Positions 40,101 through 48,202 of a stretch of 64,000 nucleotides of DNA are shown piece after piece (the stretch's first letter is position 1; every line of letters starts with the position of its first letter). The notes under the pieces were generated by a model, which saw only the letters and a program-made list of their open reading frames with translations, ran no database searches and had not been told where the DNA came from. The stretch is taken from NCBI GenBank assembly GCA_035331565.1, contig DAOLKO010000019.1, forward strand, positions 67,343 to 131,342. The letters run 5' to 3'. The position numbers were made by a program, and so were the translations under genes. Origin of the DNA: Blastocatellia bacterium (GTDB lineage Bacteria; Acidobacteriota; Blastocatellia; RBC074).

Positions 40101-40377
40101 TGTGTTTCCGAACGCGACTTTCGTCCCCGGCCACGAACCGCGCCGCGTGACGACCAAAAGCACCAATCAGATTTACACCGGCGTCATCAACGACTTTGAA
40201 TCCACGCGCGACGCCATAGTGTTGATGTCCGGCCCGAACGACAAAATCCGCATCCCGCGCGAAGACATCGCTTCGATCAAACCATCGCAAGTCTCGCTGA
40301 TGCCCGAAGGCTTCGCCGCGCAACTGACGCAAAAAGAATTGACCGATTTGCTGGCCTTTCTGAAAGCGCAGAAGTAA
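37183..40377 (+). CDS. large membrane-anchored dehydrogenase-like protein: sorbosone/glucose-dehydrogenase-like beta-propeller + HEAT repeats + C-terminal c-type cytochrome (PVC-type heme-binding domain)
   Basis: N-terminal TM; a propeller region (LFVTESSGK...DGWMYLTHG); multiple HEAT/PBS-lyase repeats (VRCAAVFALGRIANPEAA, VRIAAAHVAG, ARRNAATALGQIGD); and a C-terminal CSSCH haem-binding motif. The ORF-track 103-aa N-extension was rejected. Confidence 0.8.
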   Translation: MTSTLIRRIAPALVTLAAVVLLCILGVKRWRAYQAKQPRQTLAIEGGTISVPAGFTIQKVAAEDLTQYPMLAALDDRGRLFVTESSGKNVSGKKMAEIPECRISVLEDTDGDGRYDRTKVFADKLSLPMGVLWRGQSLYVASPPDFVRLDDRDNDGVSERREVILTGWNVLNTASLHGPFFGPDGWMYLTHGRHGYKIQTKEGELLEGLASRIWRSRADGTGLERVVGGGFDNPVELIFTPAGEMIGTMTYFTDPQAGQRDALLHYVEGGVYPKPHPAIAEFKRTGDLMPVMTKFARIAPSGLMQYRGKAFGEDFQGNLFTAQFNPHRVQRHKLFREGATFRTEDSDFITSTDPDFHPTDILEDADGSLILLETGGWYVDACPLSKIHKGEKRGAIYRIRKTDAPKIEDPRGDKLKLETLPPADLAKLLPKLLEDARPAVRDRSLELLVAGGEKSVAALIQIREQSQQPEVRCAAVFALGRIANPEAAKAVRAALNDADFQVRIAAAHVAGLNKDAEAVERLSRMVKDDEAPARRNAATALGQIGDRRAVAALLAAAANAKDRFIEHAVIYSLIQLKDQQALIAALKAPAIGTRKAALIALDQSNDSLITAGVVAPFLGEGEAELRKAALWVFGHHAEKPEWAAAVHSFLRGRLRAEKFDGNEADSVKDALLAFVADTQVQALIAESLDNETFGSERQLFLLEVIERCSLKQLPDAWQTIIARRLKASQNAANKNADAQVRARTIAVIRSRRIATLDDELRRIAADSAEAVDLRLTALSALITRAPKLDSPAYQFLLETIAPERDPALRLSAAQSLGQSELDREQLLQLAKDHLPKSDSLTLLTLLDAFRNARDEETGRALVAALSQPEVNLESIGGKRLEQLFQNFPDSIRASSKSLLNRFAEEEAAQLKKLRELEPLLTAGGDAGAGRNVFFGKRAACSSCHTIGLEGGRVGPDLTSIGAIRSGHDILEAIVFPNATFVPGHEPRRVTTKSTNQIYTGVINDFESTRDAIVLMSGPNDKIRIPREDIASIKPSQVSLMPEGFAAQLTQKELTDLLAFLKAQK

Positions 40378-40456
40378 GTTCCAGGGGACGCGAGCATCCC
40401 GTTCGCTTTAGAAAACAGTTTCAACACAAAGATTCAAAGAAGATCAACCAGGGATT

Positions 40457-40486
40457 ACCTTTCTCCGTTGCGGAAAGGTTTGAATT
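40457..40486 (+). terminator. weak rho-independent terminator candidate after the EPS operon
   Basis: acctttc-tccgttgcg-gaaaggt is a 7-bp stem with a 9-nt loop, followed by ttgaatt; it lies 80 nt downstream of the 40377 stop. Confidence 0.3.
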
Positions 40487-40660
40487 ACAGGGATCGCACG
40501 GATTTAGCTTTGACAAAATGATGCCACGGGCTTGTCCCGTGGAGATTCACGCTTGGCGCTACCGTAGCCGTGGGGGCGTGAACCTCCAACGGAGTTGCCT
40601 TTGATCCTTTGTGTTGAAAAAGGCTTGATGCCGAACTGTCCCAACAAGGAGCCAATGCCA

Positions 40661-43600
40661 ATGAGCCAAACCGAAGCACTCGACCGCATCCAACGCGCCC
40701 GCTGGCGCAACGCCAAATGGCTGAACCTTTCCAAGCTCGACCTGATCGAACTGCCGCCGGAAATCGGCGAACTGACGGAATTGCGAGTGTTGTGGCTGAA
40801 CAACAATCGCCTGACCGAATTGCCGCCGGAAATCGGCAACCTGCGCGAACTCCGCGTGCTGCAAGCTTACGAAAATCAACTCACCGCCTTGCCACCGGAG
40901 ATTGGCCAACTGCGGAAACTTCAGCGTCTGATAACGCCCGGCAATGAAATCGCGCGACTGCCGGAAGAACTGGGGCAATTGACCGAATTGCAGGAATTGA
41001 ATCTCGGCGATTGGTTAGCGAAAAAAGGTCGGTTCCGCCATTTTCATTTGCAAGGCAACCAATTGAAAGAACTGCCTACCTCCCTGGAGAAGCTGACCAA
41101 CTTGCAATACCTCAATTTATCTAGCAACCAATTGAAAGAACTGCCTACCTCCATCGAGAAGCTAACCAACTTGTGGGGGCTTGATTTATCCGGTAACCAA
41201 TTAACAAAACTGCCCATCTCCATCGAGAAGCTGACCAACTTGAAGGTACTCGATTTGAACAGCAACCAACTGACCGAACTGCCCACCTCCATCGAGAAGT
41301 TGACCAACTTGCAGGTACTCTATTTGTCCAGCAACCAACTGACGGAACTGCCTTCGGAGATCGAAAACTTAGAGCAGTTGTGGCACATCAGCCTGGACAA
41401 CAATCCACTCGGATTTCCGCCGCTGAGCATTGCCAAGGGGGGAATGGAGGAGGTTCGGAATTATCTGGCGCAGGAAGTGGTGCCGCTTTGGGTGGCGAAA
41501 ATGGTGGTGGTGGGGCAGGGGCGTGTGGGGAAGACTTCGTTGTTGAAACGGCTTCGGGATGATGACTTTGACCAGGACCTGGATTCCACGCACGGAATGG
41601 ACGTTGACAGGCTGGTTTTGCCGCATCCGTCGTTGCCGGGTGTGGAAATGACTTTGAACACCTGGGATTTCGGCGGGCAGGATTTGTATCACGCCACGCA
41701 TCAGTTTTATCTGACCGACCGTTCGCTGTATTTGATTGTCTGGAACGCGGGCGAAAACTATCAGCAGGGCGGATTGCTTTACTGGCTGGACACCGTGAAG
41801 GCGCGCGCGCCCAAAGCCAAAATCATTCTGGTGGCCACGCACGCCGATCAGCGCACGCCGGACATTCCTTTTGACGAAATCCGCAAACAGTACGAGCCGA
41901 TGATCGCCGACAGGCTGTACCTGATGGACAACAAAAACGGAGCCGGGCGCGAAGACTTGCTGCGAGCCATTGCCGAAGCCGCCGCCGAATTGAAGATGAT
42001 GGGGCAAAAATGGCCAGTTCCCTGGACGCGCGCCACCGAAGCCATACGCGAACGCGCCAAAACCGAAAACCACATTACGCCGCATCAATTGACCGCGCTG
42101 TTGACCGAACAAGGTGTGGACGAAATCGGCCAACGCACGTTGACCCGATGGCTGCATCAATTGGGCGAGATTCTGTTTTACGACGAAGACCAATACGAAG
42201 AGTTGAACGACACGGTCATGCTCAATCCGCACTGGGTGAACCAAATCATCAGCCGTGTGCTGGACAGCAAAGAAGTCGAAGATAAAAAAGGCGTCTTCAC
42301 GCGCAAACACATGGAAGAGCTTTGGAAAGAGATCGAATCGCCGTTGCGCGAACATCTGTTGCGGCTGATGGATCAATTCGACCTTTCCTACAAAATCCCC
42401 GACGAAGATTTCAAACCCAAATCAAAAGACCGTGACCGCAGTCTGGTGGTCGAAAAACTGCCGCGCGAAGAAGCTGATTACCATTCGCTGTGGGAATCGA
42501 AAGCCGGCGAACGCGAAATCTCTCGAAAGCTGGAACTGGCCACACTGCTGCCGGGCATTCCCAGTTGGTTCATAGCCCGCGCGCACCGCTTCACCACTCG
42601 AACGCATTGGCGGTTGGGCGCGCTGTTCGAGGATGGGCCGGAGCGAAAACATCTGGCGCTGGTCAGAGCTTCGGCGACGGAAAAATGGGTGGCGCTTTCG
42701 GTTCGCGGGCCGTCGCCGCATAACTTTTTCGCGCTGCTCAGCGACAGCCTGATGAAAACCTTCGAGCGATTTCCGGGACTGGATTACAAAGTGAAAGTTC
42801 CGTGCTGTTGCAGTCCGAACTGTCCGAACGAATTTGAATTGGAAGATTTGGAAAGCGCCTATTCGCAAAACGTGCTGAACATTCCGTGCCTGAAAGCCAA
42901 ACCGATCAAACAGGCTTCGGTTCCGCAAATGCTGCTCGGCCAGCGCATTTCGCCGGAAGACCCGCTGTTGCTGTTGCGGGAAATCAAAGCCGACACCGAA
43001 CAGCTCAAAGCAGGAACAGCGCGAATCGAAATCGGCGTTTCGGAAAATCTGGCCTACCAACAACGCGAATTCACCAAGCTGTTCAACGCGCTGCAATCCG
43101 GCGAGGAAACGTATTGCCCGAACGTTTTCGCGCTGCGCACGGGCGGCGGCGACGGCAACATCATAGGTTTGCTGGAACCGATTCGCTCCGCGACGATGTG
43201 GGAACGAGTCCGCGAATCCGTCTGGAAGCGCAGTGTGGAATTGCAGCTTTATTGTCAGCAGCCAGGGCATTGGCATCCGGTCGGTTGCGAACGCGGCAAG
43301 ACCGATCCCGAAAGCGGTTTGTACCAAATCGAAATTGATTCGGAGTTTTTGCAAACCGTTGGGCCGTACTTGATTCGACTGTCCAAAGTGATGAAGTACG
43401 TGTTGCCAGCGCTGGGAATGTCGCTGCCGTGGATTGTGGACAAGGAACGTTACGAGAAGCTTTATAAAGCCGACCTCGAACGCTGGACGAAATTCGCCGA
43501 CGCCGCAGCCAAGACCATGCCGGAACTGTTCGATGAATCCGCCGCGTCGAAAGCCGGCAGAAAAATGAATCCGCGCTCCGCAGGCTTGGCCAGAGGGGAC

Positions 43601-43735
43601 GAATTGCGATTGCTGCGCAGCCTGCTGGCGCAAAAAGACCCCAATGGACGCTGGGGCAAGCTGCGCAGATTTATGACCAAAGAAGGGCATTGGCTGTGGC
43701 TGTGTTCAGAGCATTGGAAAGAGTATCAGGACTGA
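40661..43735 (+). CDS. ROCO-family protein: LRR - Roc (Ras-of-complex GTPase) - COR - uncharacterised ~380-aa Cys/His/Trp-rich C-terminal module
   Basis: AAGGAG RBS 9 nt upstream of the ATG. About 11 LRRs (LxxLPPEIGxLxxLxxLxLxxNxL); Roc P-loop GQGRVGKTSLLKRL with G3 DFGGQ and G4 THAD; a COR region follows. The C-terminal part (VPCCCSPNCPNEF..., YCPNVF..., YCQQPGHWHPVGCERG..., GHWLWLCSEHW) matches no domain I recognise. Confidence 0.85.
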   Translation: MSQTEALDRIQRARWRNAKWLNLSKLDLIELPPEIGELTELRVLWLNNNRLTELPPEIGNLRELRVLQAYENQLTALPPEIGQLRKLQRLITPGNEIARLPEELGQLTELQELNLGDWLAKKGRFRHFHLQGNQLKELPTSLEKLTNLQYLNLSSNQLKELPTSIEKLTNLWGLDLSGNQLTKLPISIEKLTNLKVLDLNSNQLTELPTSIEKLTNLQVLYLSSNQLTELPSEIENLEQLWHISLDNNPLGFPPLSIAKGGMEEVRNYLAQEVVPLWVAKMVVVGQGRVGKTSLLKRLRDDDFDQDLDSTHGMDVDRLVLPHPSLPGVEMTLNTWDFGGQDLYHATHQFYLTDRSLYLIVWNAGENYQQGGLLYWLDTVKARAPKAKIILVATHADQRTPDIPFDEIRKQYEPMIADRLYLMDNKNGAGREDLLRAIAEAAAELKMMGQKWPVPWTRATEAIRERAKTENHITPHQLTALLTEQGVDEIGQRTLTRWLHQLGEILFYDEDQYEELNDTVMLNPHWVNQIISRVLDSKEVEDKKGVFTRKHMEELWKEIESPLREHLLRLMDQFDLSYKIPDEDFKPKSKDRDRSLVVEKLPREEADYHSLWESKAGEREISRKLELATLLPGIPSWFIARAHRFTTRTHWRLGALFEDGPERKHLALVRASATEKWVALSVRGPSPHNFFALLSDSLMKTFERFPGLDYKVKVPCCCSPNCPNEFELEDLESAYSQNVLNIPCLKAKPIKQASVPQMLLGQRISPEDPLLLLREIKADTEQLKAGTARIEIGVSENLAYQQREFTKLFNALQSGEETYCPNVFALRTGGGDGNIIGLLEPIRSATMWERVRESVWKRSVELQLYCQQPGHWHPVGCERGKTDPESGLYQIEIDSEFLQTVGPYLIRLSKVMKYVLPALGMSLPWIVDKERYEKLYKADLERWTKFADAAAKTMPELFDESAASKAGRKMNPRSAGLARGDELRLLRSLLAQKDPNGRWGKLRRFMTKEGHWLWLCSEHWKEYQD
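41050..41335 (+). repeat. four tandem ~69-bp near-identical repeats encoding LRR units inside the ROCO gene
   Basis: Units caaccaattgaaagaactgcctacctccatcgagaagctgaccaacttg... recur at ~85-90% identity (protein: NQLKELPTSIEKLTNL x4-5). They also create the spurious minus-strand ORF 41044-41307. Confidence 0.7.
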
Positions 43736-43772
43736 AATTTCGTGATGTGCTGCGCACAAACCGAAGCTGCGG

Positions 43773-45437
43773 TTATCTGGGTGGGAGAATTTTCCAGCCG
43801 GAGAGTGCCTGGCGGTAAATTTCCTCGGCTTTTTGTTTGTCGCCGAGAGCGGCATAAACGCCTGCCAGCAGCGCCAGTGTGGCGGCTTCACGCTCCTGTT
43901 CTTTCAGTTCCCGCCAAAGCTTCAAACCTTGTTCGAGTTGTTCGCGCGCTTTTGATTTGTCATTGAGGACTGAATTCGTTTCGCCAAGCCCGGTCAGAAA
44001 AATCGCTTGCCGGGCTTTGTCTTTCAGTTTGAGCGCAAGTTCCAAACCTTGCTGATAAAGTTCCCGCGCCTTTGTTGGTTCGCCGGACATTTGATGAACC
44101 AGTCCCAGGTTGCCGAGGGTGATGGCTTCGCCGCGTTTGTCGCCGACATTGCGGCGGAGTTCGAGCGCCGGAATGTAATGTTCTTTGGCTTTTGCCAGCT
44201 CGCCTGAATCCACGAACAGGCCGCCGATGTTGTTCAGGGTTGTGGCTTCGCCGCGTTTATCGCCGATGGAGCGTCGCAAGGGCAGCGCCTGAAGGTAGAG
44301 CTTCAACGCTTCGTCGCGTTCTCCGAGCGCCAGTTGCAAACCGGCCAGATCGCTGATGGTAGTCGCTTCGGCGCGTTTGTCGCCGAGCGATTGCCAAAGC
44401 GGCAGGGCTTTTGAATAAAACACCACGGCGTTGGTTTTGTCGCCCAGCGCATCTGAGACAAATCCCAGATTACTCAAACTGACTGCTTCGCCGCGTTTGT
44501 CGCCGACCGTTCGCCACAAAGGCAACGCTTGTTGAAACATCTGCGCGGCCTGCGGAAATTGGCCGGCGCGGGCGGTCAGTCCGCCCAGACTGTTCAGCGC
44601 AGAGGCTTCGCCCGTCAGGTCTTTGCCTTCGTGCCAATAGGCATAGGCTTTTTGGTAATGATCGAAAGCCTGTTGGGCCAGGCCTTGCTCTTCGTAAACT
44701 TTGGCGAGGTTGAACAGCATCGTCGCTTCTCGCGTGTTGGGATTGTCGTTTTCGCCAACGGGAAGCGGTCGCCGCGTCAGATTGGACGCTCGAACTATCA
44801 GCCGCGCCTGATCGAAAAGGTGTTGCGCCTGCTGTTTGTCGCCGATGGAATTGTAGATGCGTCCCATTTGCGTAAGTGTGGCCGCTTCGTCCAGACGTTT
44901 GCCGGACGCGCGCCAGAGCGGCAGGGATTGGTGGTAATAACTGATGGCCTGTTGGCGATCTCCCAGAGCATCTGAAATGGAGGCGAGTTGATTGAGCGAA
45001 CCGGCCATTTCCGCCGGTTCGCTGAACCTGCCTGCCGCGCGCCAGGAACGCAGTGATTCTTCGTATTTGAGCGCGGCTTCTCGCAAGGCAGTGGCGGAGC
45101 CTTGCGCGCGCAAGGTCTCGGCTTCTTGTTGAAAGGTTTGCGCGGCCTGTTTGTGCTGTTCCGGCAAGGATGAGCTGGGGCGGGAATCCGCTTTGGCCGC
45201 CGACGTGCGCGGAACGTTGATGCGGTAAGAATAATCGTAAAGCCCTTCGATGGACGGTCGCGTCAGACGCGGAACCACTATCCGAAAGGAACCGAGTTCG
45301 AAGGGCGTAGCTTGTCGCGCCCCAGGCTGGGTTTCGGTTTGGGCGGTCGTTTGAATAAAGGCTATAACCAGGAAAATCCCTACCCGGAGGAAACACTGAG
45401 GGATTGAAAACGGATTGTGACGGCGCGGAAGGTACAT
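43773..45437 (-). CDS. secreted tetratricopeptide (TPR_10/TPR_12-type) repeat protein
   Basis: N-terminal signal/TM, then about 10 repeats of the pattern LxxLGxxxxxLGDKxxAxxxYxxALPLWR, i.e. TPR with a recurring GDKRGEA motif. It is convergent with the ROCO gene across a 37-nt gap. Confidence 0.8.
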   Translation of the reverse strand: MYLPRRHNPFSIPQCFLRVGIFLVIAFIQTTAQTETQPGARQATPFELGSFRIVVPRLTRPSIEGLYDYSYRINVPRTSAAKADSRPSSSLPEQHKQAAQTFQQEAETLRAQGSATALREAALKYEESLRSWRAAGRFSEPAEMAGSLNQLASISDALGDRQQAISYYHQSLPLWRASGKRLDEAATLTQMGRIYNSIGDKQQAQHLFDQARLIVRASNLTRRPLPVGENDNPNTREATMLFNLAKVYEEQGLAQQAFDHYQKAYAYWHEGKDLTGEASALNSLGGLTARAGQFPQAAQMFQQALPLWRTVGDKRGEAVSLSNLGFVSDALGDKTNAVVFYSKALPLWQSLGDKRAEATTISDLAGLQLALGERDEALKLYLQALPLRRSIGDKRGEATTLNNIGGLFVDSGELAKAKEHYIPALELRRNVGDKRGEAITLGNLGLVHQMSGEPTKARELYQQGLELALKLKDKARQAIFLTGLGETNSVLNDKSKAREQLEQGLKLWRELKEQEREAATLALLAGVYAALGDKQKAEEIYRQALSGWKILPPR

Positions 45438-45515
45438 AACCGAAAAGTTGAAGGCGACAAGGTAAGGGTCGAGAGCGTGACACGCTCAGGGAAGGATGAT
45501 GAATCAATCGCGGTG

Positions 45516-45560
45516 CATAATGCGCGATTCACGACCACCGGCCGCGAATCGCGCATTATG
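45516..45560. promoter_or_regulatory. perfect 15-bp inverted repeat CATAATGCGCGATTC-N15-GAATCGCGCATTATG
   Basis: Seen directly in the sequence. It lies 8 nt past the OMP gene stop and ~80 nt upstream of the TPR gene start, with a G4T4 tract on one side only. Confidence 0.3.
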
Positions 45561-45567
45561 GGGTTTT

Positions 45568-46128
45568 CTATTGGTTGCCGAGCCGCAAAACCAGCCCGGT
45601 CGAAATCCGCAAACTGTTCTGGGTATCGTCGTCAAAACGTGTCAACACATAGTCCGTTTGTATGATTCGGACAGCCAAATTCTTGGTCAGCTTGGCATCC
45701 AGGCCGCCGCCGATGGCCATTGCAAATGCCGAGTCGCTGTCTTTGATTTTTCCGGCGATAGTCTGTGTTGAGAGATGTGCGCGAGCTGCTCCGAGCAGTA
45801 CGTGGCCGAACGGAGTCAGCCTTTCATATTTGCGTAATGAAAAACGTGGCCCGACAAGAAATAGATAACCGCTGATGTCGGCTTTCCCACCGACAAAGCT
45901 GAAATCGTCATAGTGCCCGCTGAAATCGGCGACAATGCCGGCATACTTGGTGAAGTTCACGGCCGCTGAGGCGTTCCAGCCATTCATATCGAGACTGTTG
46001 TCGGGGCCGTCCGGGTTGAAGCGTAAATACGAATACCCGCCGAAAATCTCCGCCCTCGGCGCGTCTTGAGCCTGTGCGACGAGCGGCAAGGCCAGCAGCA
46101 GCGTCGCGATAAAAAACAACTTTCGCAT
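45568..46128 (-). CDS. outer-membrane beta-barrel protein (OmpA-like/OmpW-like small porin family)
   Basis: Signal peptide MRKLFFIATLLLALPLVAQA. The body has alternating-hydrophobic beta-strand patterns and an N-terminal aromatic girdle (EIFGGYSYLRF), and the C-terminus ends RLGNQ. Confidence 0.7.
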   Translation of the reverse strand: MRKLFFIATLLLALPLVAQAQDAPRAEIFGGYSYLRFNPDGPDNSLDMNGWNASAAVNFTKYAGIVADFSGHYDDFSFVGGKADISGYLFLVGPRFSLRKYERLTPFGHVLLGAARAHLSTQTIAGKIKDSDSAFAMAIGGGLDAKLTKNLAVRIIQTDYVLTRFDDDTQNSLRISTGLVLRLGNQ

Positions 46129-46381
46129 AATGTTCCTCCTAAATGTTGCGTCTGGAGTTGAGGGGCAATCCGGGGTGTTAAAAACATCCGCAGTGTCAAG
46201 AACCAGAGGCTGACGGCAATTGAGGTACGACGACTTTATTCCGGTCGGAATATTCGAGGCAGCACCGTTGACGTTGTTTTGAGCCTCAGATTATTCGGGA
46301 TGCTTACGAGGTTTGCCAAGACTAACGGGGATTGATGGCGGGCGTATGATAAGGCATTCATTCGGGATTGCAACCGGAAAT

Positions 46382-46437
46382 CTCCGAACGGAAAAAAGGC
46401 GTTCGGAGCAGCTGCCCGCTCCGAACGCCTTTGAAAT
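46382..46437 (-). terminator. rho-independent terminator of the M20 peptidase gene with a three-arm (A, A', A) alternative-hairpin arrangement
   Basis: On the minus strand, an 11-bp GC-rich stem (ggcgttcggag / ctccgaacgcc), a 10-nt loop, then TTTTTTC. A third copy of the arm (ctccgaacg at 46382-46390) could pair alternatively. It lies 16-70 nt downstream of the 46453 stop. Confidence 0.55.
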
Positions 46438-46452
46438 CGAACCGCTTCAGCC

Positions 46453-47832
46453 TTACTTCAGCTTCGCGATTTCCTCGAAATACTTGATGAACATCTTGAT
46501 GCCGCCGGCGGTTTGCCCCCAATCGTAGTTTTCATTCTTGGCGTGATACCCGTGTTCGGGCAGGCTCAAACCGAGGAAGGTGATCGGTGCGCGCAAATGT
46601 TTTTGCATTGTGACCACCGCGCCGATGGAGCCGCCTTCGCGCGTGAACGCAGGCTCTTTGCCGAAGGCGAACTTCATTGCCACGCGCGCCGCGTCGGCAT
46701 AAGCGCCGGTGAAATCGCCGGAAAACGGTTCGAGCGATTGAATCGCTTCAACCTTCACGTCGGGATTGATCTCCTTGACGAAATCCTTGACCAGCTTGGC
46801 GATTTTGGCCGGGCGCTGATTTGGAACCAGGCGCGTGCTGATCTTGGCTTCGGCGCGATAAGGCACTATGGTTTTCACTCCCGGGCCGCTATAACCGCCG
46901 GTGATGCCGTGAACTTCAAAGGTCGGCGCGGCCATGAACGCCTTCAGCACGTCAGCTTCGGTTTTCAAATTCGGGCGCAGCGATTTGAGTTCGTGCGCTT
47001 TCATATAGCCTTTGTTGGTGAAGCCTGAATTGACGAAGCTGTTGAGTTCGTCTTTTGTCGGCGGAACCACATCATCGTAAAAGCCAGGGATTTTCACCTT
47101 GCCGGTTTTGGCGTCGTAGCATTGACTGATGACCTGCGCCAGTTCGCCAATCGGATTGCGCGCCGCGCCGCCCACCAAACCCGAATGCACGTCTTTGGCG
47201 TGCGTTTCCAGTTTGAAGAGAAATCCCTGCAATCCACGCAAGCCATACGGCACGGCAGGTTGTTTGCGCGAAATCCAGATCGTGTCGGAAACCAGAATCG
47301 AATCGGTAATGAGATGGCCTTTGTTGCGTTTGACGAAGTATTCAAAGTGCGGCGAGCCGATTTCTTCTTCCAGTTCCCAGATGAATTTGAAGTTGAGCGG
47401 CAAGCCGTTCTGCACCGCGTAACGCACGGCCAGCATTGCCGTCAGCGCGGGGCCTTTGTCGTCGGTCGTGCCGCGTCCTTCGTAACGGTCGCCGACCTTA
47501 TGAAACGTGAATGGCGCTTTGTTCCATTCCGAAGGATCAGCCGGTTGCACGTCCAGATGGTTATAGATGGTGACTGTCGGATACTTTTGATCCTTGATGA
47601 TGGAACCCATCACCACTGGAAAGCCCGGCGTCGGCACGGGTTCGGCTTTCGCGCCCAGATCGCGCAAGTATTGCGAAGCCAGATCGGCGCAACGGCGAAT
47701 GTCCGGCAAACGTTCCGGGTCGCTGCTGATGCTCGGCGTTTCGACCAGTGCGGCCAGTTTGTCTTCAAATTCGTCGCGTGAACTGCGTATGTAGCTGTCA
47801 AGGTTTTGGTAAAGTGGTGCTAGGTTAGCCAT
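46453..47832 (-). CDS. M20-family metallopeptidase (dipeptidase / ArgE-DapE-CPG2-like)
   Basis: HLDVQPAD...GRGTTDDKG metal-binding and catalytic motifs and an M20 dimerisation domain; 459 aa. Confidence 0.85.
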   Translation of the reverse strand: MANLAPLYQNLDSYIRSSRDEFEDKLAALVETPSISSDPERLPDIRRCADLASQYLRDLGAKAEPVPTPGFPVVMGSIIKDQKYPTVTIYNHLDVQPADPSEWNKAPFTFHKVGDRYEGRGTTDDKGPALTAMLAVRYAVQNGLPLNFKFIWELEEEIGSPHFEYFVKRNKGHLITDSILVSDTIWISRKQPAVPYGLRGLQGFLFKLETHAKDVHSGLVGGAARNPIGELAQVISQCYDAKTGKVKIPGFYDDVVPPTKDELNSFVNSGFTNKGYMKAHELKSLRPNLKTEADVLKAFMAAPTFEVHGITGGYSGPGVKTIVPYRAEAKISTRLVPNQRPAKIAKLVKDFVKEINPDVKVEAIQSLEPFSGDFTGAYADAARVAMKFAFGKEPAFTREGGSIGAVVTMQKHLRAPITFLGLSLPEHGYHAKNENYDWGQTAGGIKMFIKYFEEIAKLK

Positions 47833-47845
47833 GTCTTCCTTTCGG

Positions 47846-48202
47846 TTAAAACAGGTAGTAAAAACGATTTATGTACTCGGCAGCTTCGCTCGCTTCCCAA
47901 ACCAGATACAAGCTGTTTGCCGCATGACTGACTGAGAAACTTTGTGAGACGAGAATCAATCCCGGAGATAACTGGCCGATCACGAAATTGGCAAAGTGGT
48001 TGGGCATTGTCGCGAAATCGTGTGAAACCACGATACGGCCTTCCCGCGCAGCCAACGCCAGGACTTCTTCATCCGGCACGCCCTTGTGCAAGCCAATGGC
48101 TGGGGCGGTTTGAAAATCTATTGATGGATTTAGCCGAAGTACGGCATCAATCATGTCTTGATTGAAATCATTGTCGGCCTGAAATTTGATCTTCATCGTC
48201 AA
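47846..48202 (-). CDS. DUF5615-family (PIN-like/Mut7-C-like) putative toxin
   Basis: 118 aa with ...[16 protein letters not shown], typical of DUF5615. It overlaps the upstream DUF433 gene by ~35 nt. Confidence 0.6.
   Translation of the reverse strand: MTMKIKFQADNDFNQDMIDAVLRLNPSIDFQTAPAIGLHKGVPDEEVLALAAREGRIVVSHDFATMPNHFANFVIGQLSPGLILVSQSFSVSHAANSLYLVWEASEAAEYINRFYYLF

Noticed and set aside
40524-40542. Small perfect hairpin ccacggg-cttgt-cccgtgg upstream of the ROCO gene
   Set aside because: The 7-bp stem has no U-tract and sits in a 5' leader. It is too small to call a feature, though it could be part of the ROCO gene's regulatory region.
40595-40660. 22-aa N-terminal extension of the ROCO ORF
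   Set aside because: The AAGGAG RBS is correctly spaced only for the ATG at 40661.
41044-41307. 87-aa minus-strand ORF with internal repeats (KLVSFSMEVGSS...)
   Set aside because: It is an artefact of reading the 69-bp LRR tandem repeats of the ROCO gene on the opposite strand.
41040-41340. Possibility that the regularly spaced ~69-bp direct repeats are a CRISPR array
   Set aside because: The repeats are contiguous with no unique spacers and lie in frame inside a coding LRR region, and there are no cas genes nearby.
41369-43690. Two long minus-strand ORFs (335 aa and 422 aa)
   Set aside because: They are antisense to the Roc-COR region of the ROCO gene and have no motifs.
44470-45507. 345-aa minus-strand ORF in an alternative frame of the TPR gene
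   Set aside because: Its Arg/Ser-rich translation overlaps a frame with ~10 well-formed TPR repeats.
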